64,000 nucleotides of DNA from positions 64,001-128,000 of the IMG/VR virus record IMGVR_UViG_3300037851_000671; one strand, given 5' to 3'. This document shows positions 57,971-64,000 of this stretch, one piece after another; within the stretch, counting starts at the first letter, position 1, and every line of letters begins with the position of its first letter. This stretch comes from a virus (Duplodnaviria; Caudoviricetes). A model generated the notes under the pieces. The model saw nothing but the letters and a program-made list of their open reading frames with translations. It searched no databases and was not told the DNA's origin. A program made the position numbers and the translations under genes.

Positions 57971-58876
57971 ATGAAAGAGATGTGCTTCTATAACGATTTT
58001 CATAACGGTGATGTTCATTTGTCTCGTGGCCTGGTTAGATATATAGTTAAAGAGCGCCCATCGCTAAAATACAGTTACATTCATGGGTGTAATGCCGATC
58101 TTCTTAGTGATATAGAAAACGTTACGCTTGTACAAGATCGAAGCGCATTGGATTTGATTTGCAAACACAGGTATGAGTGGGGTTTTTCTATAGATGAGAT
58201 TTTGTACGTAAACACTTGGTATGGTTCTTGTGAACATAGAAACATGCACAAATACGGCCTGACCTTTGACTGTTTATTAAATGTGCTCAATGATATTACT
58301 AGTCATACATTAGATCTTGATCTGCGTACCGTTGATGCAAAGATACTATTCCCATGGATTGATTTCTCAAAATACCAAATTCAACAAGCAACAGGTAAGT
58401 TATCAGGTATTGCAAAGCCAATGGTAATGGTTGCGAACAACCTAGCACTAAGCGGGCAGGCTGAGAACTTCTCATTCAACCCTGTCATAGACACGCTTTC
58501 AGATAGGTATCCAAATGTGTTATTTGTGGTAACAAACAAGATAGATCCAGTCAACAAGCAAAACGTAATGTATGTATCTGATATCGTTGGTAAAAACGGG
58601 TTCGACTTAAATGAGTTGGCATATGTATCAACGTATTGCAGTGTTATTGTTGGGCGGCCATCTGGTCCGTTTTCATTTGCTTTAAATCGTGTCAATATGT
58701 TTGATAGGACTTGTGATATGCTGTCTATCTCAAACCTCCAAAACTCAGATGAGTTTTGGATTGGACCAATGCTATCTGGTAAACTGCGATACAGTGGAAT
58801 TTGCAAAAACTACAACACCAACGATATGTCTGTTATCATTAAGATGGTTGATGAATTGATACAGAAAAACCTATAA
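57971..58876 (+). CDS. Putative GT-B glycosyltransferase-like protein
   Basis: FHNGDVHLSR near the N-terminus and VIVGRPSGPF near the C-terminus resemble GT9-like motifs. Cluster context is consistent. Confidence 0.4.
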   Translation: MKEMCFYNDFHNGDVHLSRGLVRYIVKERPSLKYSYIHGCNADLLSDIENVTLVQDRSALDLICKHRYEWGFSIDEILYVNTWYGSCEHRNMHKYGLTFDCLLNVLNDITSHTLDLDLRTVDAKILFPWIDFSKYQIQQATGKLSGIAKPMVMVANNLALSGQAENFSFNPVIDTLSDRYPNVLFVVTNKIDPVNKQNVMYVSDIVGKNGFDLNELAYVSTYCSVIVGRPSGPFSFALNRVNMFDRTCDMLSISNLQNSDEFWIGPMLSGKLRYSGICKNYNTNDMSVIIKMVDELIQKNL

Positions 58877-58989
58877 CTAATCCCATTACCAATGTTTTAC
58901 ATTGATCCGGTTGTTGGTGAAGATGGCAGTGATATATAGATGGTCATGCGCAAATGAGTTATTATACCAGTAGCGCGCAAAGGTTAATC

Positions 58990-59298
58990 ATGTCAGATAC
59001 GCTTGGTAGCATTATAGACAAACTGATCACTGCTGATTTGAAAATGTGGAACAACCAGGAGTTGCTTTACGAGATTCGTAGGATGACATTCGATGAGTTC
59101 AAGGAAAAATATTGGGCCACAGAAGATGGTGCAGAGCGCTTGTGGAAATATCTCAAGAAAGCATGTGACCTAAACCTTCAACGAAATGCTCTTATAGATG
59201 AAATTGACGAGGCAGTGGTTGAAGTGGTCAAAGCCGCTCAATCAGGGGAAGACCTAGACAATGGAAAATTCATCCAACGAAAACACAAAACATACTAA
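58990..59298 (+). CDS. Small helical protein, DUF4254-like
   Basis: TLGSIIDKLITADLKMW..QRNALIDEID pattern. Start at ATG 58990. Confidence 0.45.
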   Translation: MSDTLGSIIDKLITADLKMWNNQELLYEIRRMTFDEFKEKYWATEDGAERLWKYLKKACDLNLQRNALIDEIDEAVVEVVKAAQSGEDLDNGKFIQRKHKTY

Positions 59299-59881
59299 AT
59301 TTTCTGGTAATCGTCAGTTTTTCTTTTCACAAGACGATGATTTCAAACTGCCAAGGCAATCCTCGTTTGATTTTGCAAAAGTCATAGCTGACTATGTAAC
59401 CAAACATGACAACCTGAAGGTTCTGGAAATAGGACCTTCAGGATCGTTTGATCCAAATACTTCATACGATGAATTTGATACCTCAAGTTTGATACGTCAG
59501 TCTTGCAAATCATCACAGTATTTGACATGCGATCTTGTTGATACTAGGTGTGACTATACTTGTTCTGTAGAAAATCTGTCGAGCCTTGGAGTGAAGTTTG
59601 ATGTCATTGTAATGCTATCGGTTCTTGAGCATGTACGTGATGTTTTCTCGGTTCCAGAAGAACTACACAAATCATTAAATGATGGAGGTGTAGTATTCAT
59701 TAGCACTCCTTTTCTGTTCAAGGTACATGGCCCAGTGCCAGATTATTGGCGTCTGACACAATACTCATATGATGTTTTGTTTGGTAGTTTGTTTGATCTT
59801 GATGTAACCACTTACCCACCGAATCAACTTGGCAAGAATTCGTTTCCTTTATGTTTCAATGTAGTTGCGGAGAAGAAATGA
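59261..59881 (+). CDS. Class I SAM-dependent methyltransferase
   Basis: VLEIGPSG, FDVIVMLSVLEHV and GGVVFISTPF..HGPVPDYWR motifs. Confidence 0.88.
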   Translation: MENSSNENTKHTKFSGNRQFFFSQDDDFKLPRQSSFDFAKVIADYVTKHDNLKVLEIGPSGSFDPNTSYDEFDTSSLIRQSCKSSQYLTCDLVDTRCDYTCSVENLSSLGVKFDVIVMLSVLEHVRDVFSVPEELHKSLNDGGVVFISTPFLFKVHGPVPDYWRLTQYSYDVLFGSLFDLDVTTYPPNQLGKNSFPLCFNVVAEKK

Positions 59882-60789
59882 AAGTGTTGTTTTTGGGTGG
59901 TGGAAGGCGCAATTCTTTGGCTAGAAGATTCAAGGCTAAAGGCTGTGAGGTTTTAGCTTACGAACTTTCAGAGAGCGTTCCAATAGCCAAAGAATGTAAA
60001 GTGATTGTTGGTAAACCATGGCAGACTGCGGAACGTCATGTATCTGAAGTCTGTTCTGAGTATGGTATAAATTTGACGATACCACTTGATGATAGAGCAA
60101 CCTTGATTGCTGCTAGTATATCTATGGCCGGTGTGGTCAAATCGCCAACATCAACTGTTGAAACAAACAATATATGTTTAGATAAACGTGCATTTGAATC
60201 CTCAATTGTACTTGGTACAAACATTCCTTATCCAACGCTAAGTGATGATTTTAAAATCATTCGAAAACCTAGATTCGGTTTTAATTCAAAAAACATTTCT
60301 GTAGTTGAAAATATAACAGAGAAAGATGAAGATTTCGTATATCAAAGTTTCATAGAAAACGGGATTGAGTATTCTGTTGATTGTTATTTTGATGTTGACT
60401 CACATTTGGTAGGGGCTGTTCCAAGGACAAGGTTATTGGTACAAGGTGGTGAGGTTGCAAAGAGCCAAACCGTATCAAGAGAAAGTTTAGACTATCAACT
60501 TCTCAGAAGTTATGTTCATGAGCTTGGTTCAGTGTTGAATATGAGGGGGCCTGCGTGTGTTCAATTCATCAAGCATCCAATCACCGGTATTTTTTACATC
60601 ATGGAAGCAAACGCTAGGTTTGGCGGTGGCGTAATACTATCTTTAGAAGCTGGATTTGATATCATACAAATGATTCTAGATGAGTATATAAACGACAAGG
60701 CTGTTTCGTGCTATGAAAAATGGACAGAAAACCTTGTAATGCATAGGTATTTTGATGAGTATTTCTACGAAGAAAAGATATGTGTTTGA
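59878..60789 (+). CDS. ATP-grasp ligase (CarB/PylC-like family found in polysaccharide loci)
   Basis: IRKPRFG, YQSFIENGIEYSVD and EANARFGGG motifs. Start at ATG 59878. Confidence 0.82.
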   Translation: MKVLFLGGGRRNSLARRFKAKGCEVLAYELSESVPIAKECKVIVGKPWQTAERHVSEVCSEYGINLTIPLDDRATLIAASISMAGVVKSPTSTVETNNICLDKRAFESSIVLGTNIPYPTLSDDFKIIRKPRFGFNSKNISVVENITEKDEDFVYQSFIENGIEYSVDCYFDVDSHLVGAVPRTRLLVQGGEVAKSQTVSRESLDYQLLRSYVHELGSVLNMRGPACVQFIKHPITGIFYIMEANARFGGGVILSLEAGFDIIQMILDEYINDKAVSCYEKWTENLVMHRYFDEYFYEEKICV

Positions 60790-61090
60790 TCTTGATGGGA
60801 CGTTGTGCGAAGAGCGCCCTACTTTTGAGAGGTCTTTATCTCAACCAATTACAACAATGATTGAGTTTGTAAATTGTCTATATGACCATGGACATAGAAT
60901 TACAATCTATACCGCCAGAAGCTGGGCTGAGTATGAAATGACAGAACACTGGTTGAAAGCAAACAGCGTTAGATATCATACGCTTCTTTGTGGTAAACCG
61001 ATATATGATACCTGGATAGACGATAGGGCAATCAATGTCAAAGACGTCCAGGTGAAAAATGATTCCGATATATGCACCTTACCTAAATGA
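60755..61090 (+). CDS. HAD-family (capsule biosynthesis-type) phosphatase
   Basis: FDLDGTL, YTARS and GKP..WIDDRA motifs. Confidence 0.85.
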   Translation: MSISTKKRYVFDLDGTLCEERPTFERSLSQPITTMIEFVNCLYDHGHRITIYTARSWAEYEMTEHWLKANSVRYHTLLCGKPIYDTWIDDRAINVKDVQVKNDSDICTLPK

Positions 61091-62168
61091 AAACATACTT
61101 AAATACGCTCATCAGGCGATTGACTCTACATGGATATCGTCAAAAGGTAGGTTTCTTGAGGAGGCTACCTATGACATTGCTAATTTTTACGAACATAGGA
61201 AATTGCCGCTATTGTGTAGCAACGGTACAACGGCAATGCACCTTCTGGCTAGGTGCTTAAAAAAATACCACCCTCATATCAAAAAGATCATTGTACAAAA
61301 CAATGTGTATGTAGCTGCATGGAACGCGTTCCTTTTTGACCAGAGTTATGAGCTAGAAGCTGTTGATGCTTCTGTTGATACCTGGAACTATGATCTTGAT
61401 TTGTTATACGATGTTCTTGGTAAGCAAAACATTGAAGAAACTGCCTTGTTAGTTGTACACAATGTTGGCAACATCATAAACGTTCCAAAAATTCAAAGGG
61501 ATTGGCCTGGACTTGTTGTAGTGGAAGATAACTGTGAGGGTTTTGGCGGAACCTACGAGGACATGAGGTCAGGTGAAGCTGCTGTGTTTTCGGCTATCAG
61601 TTTCTTCGGTAACAAAAACATTACTAGCGGTGAGGGCGGGGCCATTATCTTGAACACGCAAGAAGAACATGATTTTGCGTTTTGTTTACATGGACAAGGA
61701 CAATCATCCAAGCGTTTTATTCATGATGAGCTTGGTTACAACTACCGTATGACCAATATACAAGCAGCTATCCTTCATGGACAGATGCTTGCGTACTCTG
61801 AGATAGCAGATAAAAAACGAAAACTATTCGCTGCGTACCAATCTCTCTTAGAAAACGTTGAAGATGTTGTTTTACCACAGATAGAACCAGGAACCACACA
61901 CTCTAATTGGATGTTTGGTATTCGTGTGCTGAATGGTAATTACAGCGATATGGAATCGTTTTTCAATGAGCGTGCGATAGAGGTAAGGCCAATGTTCTAT
62001 CCCATGACCTCTCACAAGTATCTTGGTCACATAAAACAGAACGGTCTAAAAGTGGCGAAGCAACTAAACCAAGAGTGTTTGATTTTACCAAGCTATCCTG
62101 ACTTAAAAGATCACGAGATATATCACGTTGTGCAAACACTTAAGTGTTATGTAGAAGGAGTTAAATGA
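61059..62168 (+). CDS. DegT/DnrJ/EryC1/StrS aminotransferase, probable GDP-perosamine synthase
   Basis: SNGTTAMHL, VEDNCE, SFFGNKNITSGEGG and GYNYRMTNIQAA motifs. Adjacent to gmd. Confidence 0.85.
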   Translation: MIPIYAPYLNENILKYAHQAIDSTWISSKGRFLEEATYDIANFYEHRKLPLLCSNGTTAMHLLARCLKKYHPHIKKIIVQNNVYVAAWNAFLFDQSYELEAVDASVDTWNYDLDLLYDVLGKQNIEETALLVVHNVGNIINVPKIQRDWPGLVVVEDNCEGFGGTYEDMRSGEAAVFSAISFFGNKNITSGEGGAIILNTQEEHDFAFCLHGQGQSSKRFIHDELGYNYRMTNIQAAILHGQMLAYSEIADKKRKLFAAYQSLLENVEDVVLPQIEPGTTHSNWMFGIRVLNGNYSDMESFFNERAIEVRPMFYPMTSHKYLGHIKQNGLKVAKQLNQECLILPSYPDLKDHEIYHVVQTLKCYVEGVK

Positions 62169-63142
62169 GGAAAGCGTGCATCACTGGAATTACTGGGCAA
62201 ACGGGTAGCTATCTAACAGAACTTTTGCTTGATAAAGGCTACGAAATTCACGGCATGGTCAGACGTAGCAGCTCTTTCAACACAGAGCGTATCGACCATG
62301 TATTCGATAGAGTAAAATTGGTCTACGGAGATCTTTCTGACTACTCTTCTATCTCTAACTGGATCCAAAAGGTTCAACCAGACGAGTTCTATAACCTGGG
62401 GGCCATGAGCCATGTTCGTGTGTCGTTTGATATCCCAGAGTACACAATGGACATTGGAGCTACTGGAGTGGTGCGTTGTCTGGAGGCTATTCGTCAACAC
62501 AGTCCTAAAACCAAGTTCCTACAAGCTTCTACCAGCGAACTGTTTGGTGGTTTCAATCCGCCACAGAACGAGAACTCTCCATTCTATCCGCGTTCACCAT
62601 ATGGAGCGGCCAAGATTGCTGGTTACTGGTCTACCATAAACTACAGAGAGGCATATAACATTTACGCAGTGAATTCAATCAGTTACAATCACGAATCAAG
62701 CAGGAGAGGTGAGACATTTGTAACGCGAAAGATTACAAGAGCGGCTACTCGCATCAAGCTTGGTTTACAAGACAAACTTGTTCTTGGTAATCTATCAGCC
62801 AAGCGTGACTGGAATCATGCCAAAGATGTAGCGAATGCCATGTGGCTGATGATGAACGCCCCTCAGGCTGATAACTGGGTTGTGTCTTCTGGTGAGATGC
62901 ACTCTGTTCAAGAGTTTGCAGAGATGGTGTTCAAGAAATTAGACCTTGACTGGAATAGGTACGTTGAAAGCGATGCTAAGTATTTTCGACCAACAGAAGT
63001 CGAGGAACTGTGTGGCGATAGCACTAAAATTAGGACCCAGCTTGGTTGGAAACCAGAATATTCATTTGAGCAACTTGTTGACGAAATGATTCAACATGAT
63101 TTGAAATTAGCTGGACAAGAGCTTATCATAAAAAGGATGTGA
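62165..63142 (+). CDS. gmd: GDP-mannose 4,6-dehydratase
   Basis: ITGITGQTGSYL, YNLGAMSHVRVSF, PRSPYGAAK and HESSRRGETFVTRKIT motifs. Confidence 0.96.
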   Translation: MRKACITGITGQTGSYLTELLLDKGYEIHGMVRRSSSFNTERIDHVFDRVKLVYGDLSDYSSISNWIQKVQPDEFYNLGAMSHVRVSFDIPEYTMDIGATGVVRCLEAIRQHSPKTKFLQASTSELFGGFNPPQNENSPFYPRSPYGAAKIAGYWSTINYREAYNIYAVNSISYNHESSRRGETFVTRKITRAATRIKLGLQDKLVLGNLSAKRDWNHAKDVANAMWLMMNAPQADNWVVSSGEMHSVQEFAEMVFKKLDLDWNRYVESDAKYFRPTEVEELCGDSTKIRTQLGWKPEYSFEQLVDEMIQHDLKLAGQELIIKRM

Positions 63143-63143
63143 G

Positions 63144-64000
63144 ATGAAGAAAATACTAGTTACCGGATCTGGCTCTTTTTTGGGTCAGCATGTGGTTCCG
63201 TTGCTTAAAAGCGTTACTGGTTTCGAGGTTCTAACACCACGTAGAGATGAGCTGGATCTTTTCGACAGGGCACAGACAAAAACGTATCTGCGTAGACACC
63301 AGCCAGATACCATCCTTCATATGGCGGCTCTTTGTGGTGGGATTGGAGCAAACAAAAATAGCCCTGCCATGTTCCTTCAGCGCAACGTTGAGATGACCAT
63401 GAACTTGTTTGAGGGGGTCCTGTTCACCAATAGATACAATGACAGCGTGCCATACTTTCGTGGGTTCGAACCAATCCAACGTGTCTATGGACTTGGTTCG
63501 GTGTGTATGTATCCGAAGTTCACTCCGGTGCCATTCAAGGAGGAGAACATCTGGAACGGCATGCCAGAGGAAACCAATTTTCCATACGGCGAGTCAAAAA
63601 GGGTTTTGCTGGTGATGCAGCAGGCATATCGCAAACAGTTCGGACTTCGTGGTGCTCATCTGGTTCCTGTCAACATGTACGGCGAGCATGACCACTTTGA
63701 CCTTGAGAACAGTCACGTCATTCCAGCTCTCATTCGTAAGTTCGTGGAGGCCAGGGATTTCGACATTCCATCTGTTGAAGTGTGGGGCAACGGCGAGGCT
63801 ACCAGAGAGTTCTTGTATGCTGGAGATTGTGCCAAAGCTATCGTTAAAGCTGTGACCACCTCTTTGGACTACAATGAACCTATAAATCTCGGCACTGGCG
63901 TTGATATATCAATCAAGAGGCTGGCCGAGAAGATTAAGAATCTCACCGGATACAACGGACAGATAACCTTCACTGGTGATGTGGTTATCAACGGTCAGCC
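63144..64000 (+). CDS. fcl: GDP-L-fucose synthase (3'-truncated by window)
   Basis: Absent from the ORF track. Manual translation from ATG 63144 gives MKKILVTGSGSFLG..HMAALCGGIGAN..LGSVCMYP..PYGESK..PVNMYG..SHVIPALIRKF..WGNGEATREFLY. Confidence 0.93.
   Translation, partial: MKKILVTGSGSFLGQHVVPLLKSVTGFEVLTPRRDELDLFDRAQTKTYLRRHQPDTILHMAALCGGIGANKNSPAMFLQRNVEMTMNLFEGVLFTNRYNDSVPYFRGFEPIQRVYGLGSVCMYPKFTPVPFKEENIWNGMPEETNFPYGESKRVLLVMQQAYRKQFGLRGAHLVPVNMYGEHDHFDLENSHVIPALIRKFVEARDFDIPSVEVWGNGEATREFLYAGDCAKAIVKAVTTSLDYNEPINLGTGVDISIKRLAEKIKNLTGYNGQITFTGDVVINGQ

Noticed and set aside
58892-58961. Short ORF MFYIDPVVGEDGSDI ending in TAG, as possible amber read-through
   Set aside because: Even with read-through it ends six codons later at TGA, has no RBS and overlaps the candidate promoter motif.
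46349-64000. DNA hypermodification or gtrABC-type serotype-conversion role for the GT cluster
   Set aside because: No base hydroxymethylase-type or membrane Gtr/Wzx/Wzy genes were recognised, and fucosyl, methyl and acyl tailoring enzymes point to a complex oligosaccharide. Not excluded beyond the window edge.
1-64000. Numerous 60-180 aa alternative-frame and antisense ORFs in the track
   Set aside because: They are nested within long genes with coherent family motifs, and lack recognisable motifs or RBSs.
1-64000. tRNA, rRNA, CRISPR arrays, transposases, integrase, reverse transcriptase/DGR
   Set aside because: Intergenic gaps are at most about 230 nt and show no cloverleaf or repeat-spacer pattern. 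No such protein motifs or template/variable repeat pairs were seen by eye.

Overview
This window is the virion-morphogenesis region of a large contractile-tailed (myovirus-type, probably jumbo) bacteriophage. It is read in the standard genetic code, is densely coding and lies almost all on the + strand. Bases 1-46322 encode, in order: an HExxH peptidase, a neck/head-tail connector, a LAGLIDADG homing endonuclease, two large beta-helix fibre proteins, an antisense lipoprotein, tail terminator, sheath, tube, chaperone pair, tape measure, tube initiator, hub, spike, gp25-like, baseplate J-like, a 2227-aa wedge protein with LamG-like modules, and a dockerin-bearing fibre. Bases 46349-64000 (truncated on the right) are an uninterrupted cluster of about 21 glycan-synthesis genes. 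These include GT2, GT4, GT9-like, GT10 and GT11 fucosyltransferases, a CgeB-type GT, an SGNH hydrolase, two methyltransferases, ATP-grasp, HAD, a perosamine-type aminotransferase, gmd and fcl. The most striking unexplained signal is an Asp-Gly-Tyr (DGY) motif. By manual count it occurs about 45 times in eight probably surface-exposed virion proteins and never in tube, tape measure, hub, spike or the glycan enzymes. My leading hypothesis is a phage-encoded virion glycosylation system that uses DGY as its acceptor sequon. A second clear finding is that the homing endonuclease has duplicated and replaced the 3' end of the neck gene. No capsid, terminase, tRNA, rRNA or CRISPR array was seen. All family calls come from motif recognition by eye, not database searches.
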